From NCBI GenBank assembly GCA_964487115.1, contig CAZAPD010000092.1, forward strand, positions 1 through 17,712: a stretch of DNA of 17,712 nt. Direction: 5' to 3'. The DNA is from an uncultured Thermococci archaeon (GTDB lineage: Archaea > Methanobacteriota_B > Thermococci > Thermococcales > Thermococcaceae). A model generated the notes under the pieces. It saw nothing but the letters and a program-made list of their open reading frames with translations. It made no database searches and was not told where the DNA came from. Each line of letters starts with the position of its first letter. Position 1 is the stretch's first letter. Position numbers and translations under genes: made by a program. Below, in pieces: positions 9,831 through 17,712 of this stretch.

Positions 9831-9888
9831 GTAAAATTTAAGAAAAGCTTTTCGAAAAATATTGAATTTTACCGAAAGATTTATATAC
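9831..9888 (+). promoter_or_regulatory. Promoter of the AAA/lysine operon with upstream nested palindromes
   Basis: BRE CGAAAG (9873-9878) plus TATA TTTATATA (9880-9887). Palindromes GAAAAGCTTTTC (9842-9853) and TTTTCGAAAA (9849-9858) lie inside inverted repeat arms 9831-9841 and 9862-9872. Confidence 0.7.
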
Positions 9889-9921
9889 TCTCTTTATATC
9901 GTCTATATCCGGTGGTGCCTA

Positions 9922-11031
9922 TTAAGAAAGACTCAAATACAGATACTGGACTCGACTCTAAGGGAAGGGGAGCAATCCCCAAAGGTCAACTTTACCTCCC
10001 AGCAAAGATTAAGGATAGCGCTGGCATTGGATGATTTTGGTGTAGATTTTATCGAAGTAGGGCACCCAGCCGTTAGTAGGGATGTTTTGGAAGGTATAAA
10101 ACTAATAGCTAACCAAGGATTGAAAGCAAACCTCCTAGCACACTCAAGAGCCTTGAGAGGGGACATAAACTTAGTTCTGGACACAAATGTAAACTGGATA
10201 GGAATATTCTTCTGCCTCTCAAATGCCTGCCTTCAAAAGCGCTTCAATGTAACTCTTGAGCAGGCTTTAGACAGAATTGAGAATGCTATCCTTTATGCCA
10301 AAGATCATGGCTTAAAAGTGCGCTTTACCCCTGAAGACACCACAAGAACGGAGTGGGAAAACCTTGAGAGGGCTTTAAGCTTGGCGAAAGAACTTAAAGT
10401 CGACAGAGTAAGCATAGCAGATACAACTGGAAGCGCTCACCCGCTCTACTTCTACGAGCTCGTTAGAAGAGTAGTTAGCTTTGGCATTCCAACCAACGTC
10501 CACTGCCACAACGATTTGGGCTTAGCTTTAGCAAATGCAATGATGGGCGTTGAAGCTGGAGCAACGTTAGTGGATGCAACGATAAATGGCATAGGAGAGA
10601 GAGTGGGAATAGTGGATTTAGCCCAAATTTCAACGATTCTCTATTACCACTACGGAATCAAGCACTACAAGCTTGAAAAGCTCTACGAGTTGAGCCAGAT
10701 AATTCAAGAAATAACTGGAATTAGAGTGCAGAGGAATTGCCCGATAGTTGGAGAAAACGCCTTCATACACAAAGCTGGCTTGCATGTTTCCGCCGTGATA
10801 AAAGACCCCATGTTTTACGAGTTTTTACCGGCAGAGATCTTTGGAAGAGAGAGGGCGATTTATTTGGACAAATATGCAGGAAGGGACTCGATAAGATTCT
10901 ACTTGGAAAAAATGGGAATTAGAGATGAAGGAATTGCCGAAAAACTGCTCAGCATTGTGAAGAACTCTCAGGAAGTCTTCACGCCAGAAAGGCTTCTTGA
11001 AGAGGCAAGAAAAATGGGGGGAGTAGAATGA
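9922..11031 (+). CDS. Homocitrate synthase (DRE-TIM family); start codon unresolved
   Basis: Motifs [33 protein letters not shown] and HKAGLH. No LeuA-type regulatory domain. First gene of an AAA/lysW cluster. Start 9922 (TTA) is only the in-frame codon best spaced from the GGTGGTG site. Confidence 0.85.
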   Translation, partial: LRKTQIQILDSTLREGEQSPKVNFTSQQRLRIALALDDFGVDFIEVGHPAVSRDVLEGIKLIANQGLKANLLAHSRALRGDINLVLDTNVNWIGIFFCLSNACLQKRFNVTLEQALDRIENAILYAKDHGLKVRFTPEDTTRTEWENLERALSLAKELKVDRVSIADTTGSAHPLYFYELVRRVVSFGIPTNVHCHNDLGLALANAMMGVEAGATLVDATINGIGERVGIVDLAQISTILYYHYGIKHYKLEKLYELSQIIQEITGIRVQRNCPIVGENAFIHKAGLHVSAVIKDPMFYEFLPAEIFGRERAIYLDKYAGRDSIRFYLEKMGIRDEGIAEKLLSIVKNSQEVFTPERLLEEARKMGGVE

Positions 11032-12182
11032 CAATTGTTGAAGAGCTATTGAATGCAAAAGCTGGAGAGGCTGTGATAAGGGAAGTTGATTTAATTTACG
11101 CCCATGACGGAACGATGCCTCTAATCATTGAATCTTTTAGAAAGACATTCACAAAAGTAAGAAAACCCGATAGAGCTTTCATTTTCTTTGACCACGTTTA
11201 TCCAGCACCAACTGTGAAAATAGCAAATCTGCAGAGAGAGATTAGAGAATTTGCAAGGGAACAGGGAATTAGAATATTCGAAGGCTACGGTATCTCCCAC
11301 CAAGTCGTTCCAGAGGATGGCCTATTAGAGGGGGCAAAAATAATCATTGGAGCGGATTCACACACGCCAACGTTAGGTGCCTTTGGAGTGTTTGCCGTTG
11401 GAATGGGGGCAACAGATACTGCCATAGCTTTAGGATTAGGCAAAACTTGGTTCAGAGTTCCGGAAAGCGTTAGAGTAAACCTCGAAGGAAGATTAGGCAA
11501 AAATGTTATGGCAATGGACTTAATGCTTCACTTGATTGGATTGCTGAGGGGCTTTGACATGAACTACAAGGCCTTAGAGTTCTTCGGAAATCTTGACTTT
11601 TCAATTGACGAAAAAATGACAATAGCAAACTTCAGCGTTGAGACAAATGCAAAGACAGCTATTTTAGACAACGGGACCTTCAGTGGAGATGGGGATTACT
11701 TGAGGGAAATTACAATAGAGCTCGGCCAAATTGAACCATTAGTAGCTCTACCACACCACCCAAGCAATGTTGAGAGAGTTGAGAGGGTCAAAAGAAAGAT
11801 TGACCAAGTTTTCATAGGCTCATGTACCAACGGAAGGCTTGAGCAACTTAGGAAAGTGGCAGAAATCCTTGAAGGCGAACAGGTTAGTGTGAGAACCTTT
11901 ATAGGGCCAGCATCAAGGAAGATTTACCTCCAAATGATAAAAGAAGGAATTATGCAAAGGCTGATTGACGCAGGAGTTACCCTTCTCCCTCCCGGATGTG
12001 GGCCCTGCTTGGGAAGGCACATGGGAGTAGCCGGAGATGGAGAGGGAATCCTGAGCACAACCAACAGGAACTTTAAAGGAAGGATGGGTTCTCCAAACGC
12101 TGAAATCTATCTTGCCAGCCCTGTTACTGCAGCGGTGAGTGCAATTTATGGCGAGATAACGAATCCGGAGGATGTGCTATGA
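11028..12182 (+). CDS. Homoaconitase (LeuC/HacA family) large subunit
   Basis: Motifs HDGT, DH, GISHQ, GADSHT and [4Fe-4S] ligands in FIGSCTNGR and [24 protein letters not shown] overlap with homocitrate synthase. Confidence 0.92.
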   Translation: MTIVEELLNAKAGEAVIREVDLIYAHDGTMPLIIESFRKTFTKVRKPDRAFIFFDHVYPAPTVKIANLQREIREFAREQGIRIFEGYGISHQVVPEDGLLEGAKIIIGADSHTPTLGAFGVFAVGMGATDTAIALGLGKTWFRVPESVRVNLEGRLGKNVMAMDLMLHLIGLLRGFDMNYKALEFFGNLDFSIDEKMTIANFSVETNAKTAILDNGTFSGDGDYLREITIELGQIEPLVALPHHPSNVERVERVKRKIDQVFIGSCTNGRLEQLRKVAEILEGEQVSVRTFIGPASRKIYLQMIKEGIMQRLIDAGVTLLPPGCGPCLGRHMGVAGDGEGILSTTNRNFKGRMGSPNAEIYLASPVTAAVSAIYGEITNPEDVL

Positions 12183-12658
12183 GGGTGTGGAAATTTTGGG
12201 ATAATGTTTCAACTGATGAGATAACCCCCGGGAGATACAACTTAACTAAAGACCCACAAGAATTAGCCAAAATAGCGTTCATAGAAGTTAGACCAGAGTT
12301 TTCTCAAAATGTAAAACCAGGAGATGTAATAGTGGGTGGAAGGAACTTTGGAATTGGTTCATCGAGGGAGTCAGCCGCTTTGGCATTGAAAGCCTCTGGA
12401 ATAAGTGGAATTATCGCAAAGTCCTTTGGAAGGATATTTTACAGGAATTGCATTAACTTGGGCATTCCTCTCTTAATTGGCGACACGGATTGGCTGAACG
12501 ATGGGGATGAGGTTGAAGTCGATTGGAAACGGGGAATTGTAAGAAAAGGTGACGAAATAAGAAAGTTTAAGCCATTGGATGGCTTCCTCTTCGAGATAGT
12601 TGAGAGCGGTGGAATAATTGAATACGTGAGAAGGAGGGGAGACCTGTGTATAGAGTAG
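12179..12658 (+). CDS. Homoaconitase (LeuD/HacB family) small subunit
   Basis: Motifs [25 protein letters not shown] and [16 protein letters not shown] overlap with the large subunit. Confidence 0.92.
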   Translation: MRVWKFWDNVSTDEITPGRYNLTKDPQELAKIAFIEVRPEFSQNVKPGDVIVGGRNFGIGSSRESAALALKASGISGIIAKSFGRIFYRNCINLGIPLLIGDTDWLNDGDEVEVDWKRGIVRKGDEIRKFKPLDGFLFEIVESGGIIEYVRRRGDLCIE

Positions 12659-13692
12659 TGGTCATTAAGGGAGACGGCATTGGCATTGAAGTTACAGAAG
12701 CTGCGATGGAGGTCATAAGAGCTGTAACCGATAAAATAGAGTTCGTTGAGTTTGAGGGTGGCTTTGAGGTATTCAAAAGATATGGAGTCCCAATAAGAGA
12801 GAATGACTTGGAAGAGATAAGGAAAATGGATGCAGTTTTATTTGGAGCAACATCAACACCTTTTGACGTTCCAAACTACAAAAGCTTAATCATAACGCTT
12901 AGAAAGGAACTCGGCCTTTATGCTAACCTAAGGATCATCCCCGATTTGTGGAATGATAGAGAAATCTACATCGTTAGGGAAAACAGCGAAGGCCTTTACT
13001 CTGGTGTTTATAGATCTACAGATGAAAGGACAATAGATTTCAGAATAATAACAAGGGGAGGAGCTGAAAGAATAGCAAGATTTGCCATAAATTTGGCAAA
13101 AGAGAAAGGAGAGAAGATTACTTTCGTCCATAAAGCAAATGTCCTAATGGGTGACAGGTTCTTTAGGAAGATCGTCTTAAGTTTAGCTGAAAAGGAAGGA
13201 GTCGAGGTTAGAGAGAAAATTATAGATTCCTTCACAATAGAACTCGTTAGGAATCCATGGAGTCAGGGGATTATTTTAACGGAAAATCTCTTTGGCGACA
13301 TTCTATCGGACTTAGCAGCTATTCACGCAAGGAGTATTGGAATTGTTCCCTCTGGGAACTATGGTGATGATATAGCTCTATTTGAGCCTATTCACGGAAC
13401 TGCACCTGACATAGCTGGGAAGGGAATAGCTAATCCAATTGGGGCTATTTTGAGCGGTGCCATGCTTTTGGATTATCTGGGTTTGGATGGTGGAGTAATC
13501 TGGAACGCTGTCAAAAATTATGTGAATAAAGGCAATTTAACACCGGATTTGGGGGGAAATGCAATGACTGAGGATGTTGTGTATGGGATAATCTCGGAAA
13601 TTGATGACCAAGAGATTGACCCCGTAGAATGGGATGAGCTCTGGATTGATGAGATAAGGATTAATACTCTCCCAACTTTATTCATGAAATGA
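12646..13692 (+). CDS. Homoisocitrate dehydrogenase (beta-decarboxylating dehydrogenase family)
   Basis: GTG start after GGAGG. Motifs [40 protein letters not shown] and [19 protein letters not shown]. Context is the AAA pathway. Confidence 0.9.
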   Translation: MYRVVVIKGDGIGIEVTEAAMEVIRAVTDKIEFVEFEGGFEVFKRYGVPIRENDLEEIRKMDAVLFGATSTPFDVPNYKSLIITLRKELGLYANLRIIPDLWNDREIYIVRENSEGLYSGVYRSTDERTIDFRIITRGGAERIARFAINLAKEKGEKITFVHKANVLMGDRFFRKIVLSLAEKEGVEVREKIIDSFTIELVRNPWSQGIILTENLFGDILSDLAAIHARSIGIVPSGNYGDDIALFEPIHGTAPDIAGKGIANPIGAILSGAMLLDYLGLDGGVIWNAVKNYVNKGNLTPDLGGNAMTEDVVYGIISEIDDQEIDPVEWDELWIDEIRINTLPTLFMK

Positions 13693-13736
13693 TGTTATAT
13701 TTAGCACAAAATTTAGAAATTTAAAATTAAACGTTA

Positions 13737-13755
13737 CAAAAAAGATTTAAATCTT
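13737..13755 (+). promoter_or_regulatory. Probable internal promoter upstream of lysW
   Basis: CAAAAAAG BRE-like tract plus TTTAAAT (13746-13752) inside the perfect palindrome AAGATTTAAATCTT (13742-13755), in a 110-nt AT-rich gap. Strong RBS GGAGGTGG at 13789-13796. Confidence 0.6.
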
Positions 13756-13802
13756 CCAAATGTCATGGGCATTGAAAACATAAATGACGGAGGTGGAAAA
13801 GA

Positions 13803-13964
13803 ATGGTCGAATGTCCTGTTTGTGGAGCTGAAATAGAAATTGGCAGCGTAGAGTTGCATGAAATAATTGAATGTCCGGTATGCAGTTCAGAGCTTGAGGT
13901 TGTTAGTTTGAATCCAATAATCCTTGAGGAGCTTCCTGAAGTGGAAGAAGACTGGGGAGAGTGA
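13803..13964 (+). CDS. lysW: Amino-group carrier protein LysW (53 aa), absent from the ORF track
   Basis: Manual translation MVECPVCGAEIEIGSVELHEIIECPVCSSELEVVSLNPIILEELPEVEEDWGE*: two CPVC zinc knuckles, very acidic, diagnostic C-terminal EDWGE. Confidence 0.98.
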   Translation: MVECPVCGAEIEIGSVELHEIIECPVCSSELEVVSLNPIILEELPEVEEDWGE

Positions 13965-14000
13965 CATTGAGGGCTTTACTTTACATTTGGAGGTCAAACA

Positions 14001-14822
14001 ATGAAAATCGGCATAACATACACGATAATGCGCAAAGAGGAGATGATGCTCAAGGAAAGAGCGAAGGATTACGGAGAAGTGGTTATGCTCCATGATAGTG
14101 AAACAGTTTTCCCAGAAAACTTTGACTTGGATGTGGTGATAATAAGGAACGTTAGCCACTTCAAAGCTCTATACTTAGCAAAGCTCTTTGAAAGCTATGG
14201 AATCCCAACGGTTAATCCATTCAATATAATCCTCGAAGCGGGAGATAAGCTTTTTGCAACGCTGAAACTTAGCAAGAGAGTCCCGGTGCCAAGATGGAGT
14301 GTTGCGGTTGACAAGGAAGGTGCGATAAAGGCAATGGAAAAAATTGGCTATCCCGTGGTTATGAAGCCTGTTTTTGGAAGCTGGGGAAGAATGGTTACCA
14401 AAATAAATGATTTGGATGCGGCTGAGGGAGTTTTGGAGCATAAGCAATGGATGGGAAACCCTCTCCATAAGATATACTACATTCAGGAATACGTTGAGAA
14501 GCCCGGAAGGGACATTAGAAGCCACGTGATTGGGGGGGAATTTGTAACAGCAATCTACCGCTACTCCAAGCACTGGGTGACCAACACGGCAAGAGGAGGG
14601 AAAGCAGTTCCATGTGAAGATGAAGGAGTTAAAGAGATTTCAATTAAGGCATGGGAAGCTTTTGGTGAGGGAGCTTTAGCAATAGACATTTTTGAGAGTG
14701 ATAGGGGATTGCTCGTTAATGAAGTTAACCCTGCTATGGAGTTCAAAAACGTGGTAAGAGTTACCGGTGTTGATGTAGCTAAAAAAATCGTTGAATATGC
14801 CGTTGAGGTGGCTAAGAAATGA
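14001..14822 (+). CDS. lysX: LysW-alpha-aminoadipate/glutamate ligase (RimK-like ATP-grasp)
   Basis: Motifs KPVFGSWGR, IQEYVEKPGRDIR, HWVTNTARGG and LVNEVN..MEFKN. Immediately follows lysW; RBS GGAGGT. Confidence 0.95.
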   Translation: MKIGITYTIMRKEEMMLKERAKDYGEVVMLHDSETVFPENFDLDVVIIRNVSHFKALYLAKLFESYGIPTVNPFNIILEAGDKLFATLKLSKRVPVPRWSVAVDKEGAIKAMEKIGYPVVMKPVFGSWGRMVTKINDLDAAEGVLEHKQWMGNPLHKIYYIQEYVEKPGRDIRSHVIGGEFVTAIYRYSKHWVTNTARGGKAVPCEDEGVKEISIKAWEAFGEGALAIDIFESDRGLLVNEVNPAMEFKNVVRVTGVDVAKKIVEYAVEVAKK

Positions 14823-15811
14823 TAGAAGCGGCAGTTGTTGGTGCAAGCGGCTACATTGGGGGAGAGTTGGTCAGACTCTTGGCAATGCATCCCGAGGTTG
14901 AGATAACGGCAATGACATCAAGGCGTTACAATGGAAAGAAAATCCACAAAGTTCATCCAAATTTAAGGGGATTAAACCTCAGATTTACCAATAACTACAG
15001 CTTTGATGCAGATGTGGTATTTTTAGCCGTTCCACATGGGACTTCGATGAAAATAATTGACGAGTATAAGGGAAGTGCCAAGATAATTGACCTTAGTGCT
15101 GATTTTAGGGTAAGCTTGGAGCTCTATACTAAATACTATGGAGATCATGTAAAGCCAGAGCTCATTGATGAGTTCGTCTATGGATTGCCAGAAATTCACA
15201 GAGAGGAGATCAAAAAAGCCGAGCTAATAGCGAATCCTGGCTGCAATGCCACAGCAGTCATTTTAGCTTTGTATCCATTCAAAGGAGAGGTTAGCGAAGC
15301 AATAGTGGATTTAAAGGTTAGCTCAAGTGCTGGTGGAAGAAGGGAAAACGTGGCAAGTATTCATCCCGAAAGAAGCCACGTAGTTAGGGTCTATAAAGCA
15401 TTCCACCACAGGCACGAAGCTGAGGTAATTCAGGAGACCAATGTAAAGGCTCAGTTCACAGTTCATTCTGTTGACTTGGTGAGAGGGTTACTGGCTACAA
15501 TTTACTTCAAGATGGAAACGAGTGAGAAGGAGCTCTATAAGAAGTTTTTCCGCTACCTAAAAGAGCCATTCATAAGAATCGTCAAAGAGAAAGGTGGAAT
15601 CCAGAGGCTCCCTGATCCAAAGTACGTAATAGGAAGCAACTTCGTTGATATAGGCTTTGCCTACGATGAGGAGAATCAGAGAGTTATACTCTTTTCCGCA
15701 TTGGACAATTTAATTAAAGGGGGCGCCGGACAAGCGGTGCAAAACATGAACATAGCTTTTGGGTTAGATGAGACTCTTGGGTTGAACTATTTACCGGTTT
15801 ATCCGGTTTAG
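14819..15811 (+). CDS. lysY: LysW-aminoadipyl/glutamyl-phosphate reductase (ArgC family)
   Basis: Motifs VVGASGYIGGE, DLSADFR, YGLPE, catalytic NPGC and DNLIKGGAGQAVQNMN; lysW cluster context. Confidence 0.93.
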   Translation: MIEAAVVGASGYIGGELVRLLAMHPEVEITAMTSRRYNGKKIHKVHPNLRGLNLRFTNNYSFDADVVFLAVPHGTSMKIIDEYKGSAKIIDLSADFRVSLELYTKYYGDHVKPELIDEFVYGLPEIHREEIKKAELIANPGCNATAVILALYPFKGEVSEAIVDLKVSSSAGGRRENVASIHPERSHVVRVYKAFHHRHEAEVIQETNVKAQFTVHSVDLVRGLLATIYFKMETSEKELYKKFFRYLKEPFIRIVKEKGGIQRLPDPKYVIGSNFVDIGFAYDEENQRVILFSALDNLIKGGAGQAVQNMNIAFGLDETLGLNYLPVYPV

Positions 15812-15820
15812 GGTGGTTGT

Positions 15821-16552
15821 ATGAAGGTGATAAAGATAGGTGGGTCGGTAATATCAATGCTGGATAGGGCATGGTGTGAAAGTGGAGCCGGCATAATAGT
15901 CCACGGGGGTTCAAGATACGTGGATGAACTCTCAGAGAAGATGGGGATAAAGGTAGAAAAGCTCACCAGTCCCTCCGGAGTAACCTTTAGAAGAACCACA
16001 AGGGAAGTTATTGATGTTTATGTGGCTGCTCTTATAAGAGCTAACAAAGATATCGTGAAGTTTCTTGAGAGCAAGGGGATAAATGCAATTGGCCTGACGG
16101 GATTTGAACGAGAGCTTATAGTTGGCAGGAGAAAAAAATTGATTAAAGCTGTGATAAATGGGAGGATTGTTGCTATAAGGGATGATTATTCTGGTATAAT
16201 TGAGGAGATAAATGTTAAAGCACTTAGAAGATACATGAAGGTAGGGGTTCCGGTTATAGCTTCAATAGCCTATGATCCCGTGGAAAATACCCCTCTGAAC
16301 ATAGATGGGGATAAACTTGCAAAGGAGATAGCTCTAAACCTGAAAGCTGATGAGCTAACGTTCCTATCAGATACCGCTTTTTTGGTAAATGGAGAAGTTA
16401 TGGATAAAATAAAGGCTGATGAGCTTGAAGAGTTCCTTCCTTTTGCAAGAGGCGGAATGAAGAGAAAGCTGCTGATGGCTAAAGCGGCGCTTGAGGGTGG
16501 CGTCAAAAAGGTTATCATTCAGGGCTTAAACGGCAGGACGGTGGTTGAATGA
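15821..16552 (+). CDS. lysZ: LysW-aminoadipate/glutamate kinase (ArgB family)
   Basis: Motifs [25 protein letters not shown] and GGMKRKL; lysW cluster context. Confidence 0.93.
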   Translation: MKVIKIGGSVISMLDRAWCESGAGIIVHGGSRYVDELSEKMGIKVEKLTSPSGVTFRRTTREVIDVYVAALIRANKDIVKFLESKGINAIGLTGFERELIVGRRKKLIKAVINGRIVAIRDDYSGIIEEINVKALRRYMKVGVPVIASIAYDPVENTPLNIDGDKLAKEIALNLKADELTFLSDTAFLVNGEVMDKIKADELEEFLPFARGGMKRKLLMAKAALEGGVKKVIIQGLNGRTVVE

Positions 16553-17646
16553 GGGAGATGAATCTTTACAGGAAGAGACTAAAGCTCGTTAGAGGAAAAG
16601 GCGTTTATGTTTGGGATGAAAATGGAAACAAATACCTTGATGCCATAGCTGGAATTGGCGTGGCTATATTGGGGCACTCAAATGAAGAGCTTGCGGAGGC
16701 AATAAATGAACAGATGAAAAAGCTTGTAGTTGCTGGTCCCATGTTCCACCACGAGGAGAAAGATGAAGCCTTAGAGGAACTTTCCAGATTCCTCAGCTTT
16801 GAATATGCTTATTTTGGAAATTCCGGGACCGAGGCTGTTGAAGCGGCTTTAAAGTTTGCCCGCCTTTATACCGGTAAAAAAGAGATAATGGCTATGACAA
16901 ATGCTTTCCACGGAAGAACATTTGGCTCTCTAAGCGCAACTTGGAAGAAAAAATATAGGGAAGGTTTTGAGCCCTTGGTTCCCGGGTTTAGGCATATCCC
17001 ATTCAACAACATTGAAGCGGCAAAAGAGGCTATAACCAAAAAGACTGCCGCTGTAATAGTTGAACCGATTCAGGGAGAAGGTGGCATTGTTCCAGCTAAA
17101 GAAGAGTTCGTGAAAACATTGAGGGATTTAACTGAGGATGTTGGGGCTTTGCTCATAGTAGATGAGGTCCAAAGCGCCTTTAGAACTGGAAAGTTCTTAG
17201 CTATAGAGCATTATGGTGTTGAGCCGGATATAGTCACGATGGGAAAAGGGTTAGCCAATGGAATTCCAATCGGATTAACATTAACGAACTTTGACGTCCC
17301 AAGGGGTAAGCACGGCTCAACCTTTGGAGGAAATCCCCTCGCCTGCAAATCCATGGCGACAACATTGAAGATCTTAAGAAGGGAAAAGCTCATAGAAAAA
17401 GCTGAAGAAAAGGGCATAAATATAGAAGGGGAGAAAGTAATAATGACAAGAGGCAAAGGACTAATGCTCGGAGTTCTTTTGAAAGAGAACGCTGGGAAAT
17501 TTGTAGAAAAGCTTCAGGAGAGGGGATTGCTGGTAAATACAGCAGGGAATAGAGTGATTAGACTTTTACCTCCACTGATAATTACAAAAGAGCAGATGCT
17601 TTGGGTCAAAGAGACCATTGAGGGTGTCCTAAATGAAAATCAGTGA
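16549..17646 (+). CDS. lysJ: LysW-semialdehyde transaminase (class III, ArgD family)
   Basis: Motifs [35 protein letters not shown] lysine in [17 protein letters not shown] and RLLPPL. Alternative start ATG 16558. Confidence 0.93.
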   Translation: MREMNLYRKRLKLVRGKGVYVWDENGNKYLDAIAGIGVAILGHSNEELAEAINEQMKKLVVAGPMFHHEEKDEALEELSRFLSFEYAYFGNSGTEAVEAALKFARLYTGKKEIMAMTNAFHGRTFGSLSATWKKKYREGFEPLVPGFRHIPFNNIEAAKEAITKKTAAVIVEPIQGEGGIVPAKEEFVKTLRDLTEDVGALLIVDEVQSAFRTGKFLAIEHYGVEPDIVTMGKGLANGIPIGLTLTNFDVPRGKHGSTFGGNPLACKSMATTLKILRREKLIEKAEEKGINIEGEKVIMTRGKGLMLGVLLKENAGKFVEKLQERGLLVNTAGNRVIRLLPPLIITKEQMLWVKETIEGVLNENQ

Positions 17647-17712
17647 AGAAGAGAAAATTGAATTTCTGGAGAAGCTTGTGAGCATTTACAGCCCAAGCGG
17701 AGAAGAAGAGAA
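17633..17712 (+). CDS. lysK: 5' end of LysW-lysine/ornithine hydrolase (M20/ArgE family), truncated by the window edge
   Basis: ATG 17633 gives [35 protein letters not shown] is the M20 N-terminal motif and this is the expected gene after lysJ. Confidence 0.88.
   Translation, partial: MKISEEEKIEFLEKLVSIYSPSGEEE

Noticed and set aside
9862..9921. TTG 9862 as the homocitrate synthase start
   Set aside because: It is upstream of the apparent BRE-TATA, has no RBS, and the added residues simply read through the promoter.
9750..10034. 94-aa + strand ORF as an independent gene
   Set aside because: It spans terminator-like and promoter sequence and has no RBS or recognisable motif. Only the part from GTG 9912 is considered, in the start-codon finding.
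9922..13692. Annotation as leuA-leuC-leuD-leuB
   Set aside because: The synthase lacks the LeuA regulatory domain and the block is directly followed by lysWXYZJK, so the AAA paralogues fit better. Promiscuity is not excluded.
13765..13836. Short out-of-frame uORFs from ATG 13765 and ATG 13784 overlapping lysW
   Set aside because: Neither has an RBS, the first is probably upstream of the TSS, and neither is Lys- or Arg-rich. The strong RBS points to ATG 13803.
1261..17456. All minus-strand ORFs of 60-132 aa and the nested + ORF 10737-10922
   Set aside because: They are shadows of well-conserved + strand genes, with no recognisable domains or expression signals.
14819..17712. Annotation as classical N-acetyl argC/argB/argD/argE
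   Set aside because: Adjacent lysW and lysX and the absence of argA/argJ in the window indicate LysW-dependent homologues.
1..17712. CRISPR array, IS element, intein, tRNA or rRNA
   Set aside because: No repeat-spacer periodicity, transposase, cloverleaf or large insertion is visible, and protein lengths are typical for their families.

Overview
AT-rich archaeal DNA, most likely Thermococcales (inferred from gene content and order, GGTGA/GGAGG ribosome-binding sites and BRE-TATA promoters). All credible genes are on the + strand and form one amino-acid biosynthesis supercluster. (1) End of an aromatic amino-acid operon: 3' end of chorismate mutase, a class I/II aminotransferase and prephenate dehydrogenase. 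(2) An uncharacterised protein with a putative N-terminal HTH and C-terminal ACT-like region, with its own promoter. (3) argG-argH-carA-carB. (4) The alpha-aminoadipate (AAA) block: homocitrate synthase, homoaconitase large and small subunits, homoisocitrate dehydrogenase. (5) The LysW-carrier block: lysW (53 aa, missed by the ORF track), lysX, lysY, lysZ, lysJ and the start of lysK. No mobile elements, CRISPR, rRNA or tRNA were seen. Main oddities: homocitrate synthase has no in-frame ATG/GTG/TTG downstream of its apparent promoter; the arg genes sit next to a single-LysX LysW pathway with no argX or argF in view; LysX has a variant specificity signature; and a candidate ACT regulator is followed by two mutually exclusive hairpins and palindromic operator-like sites. 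Comparisons to reference proteins are from memory and need checking by alignment.
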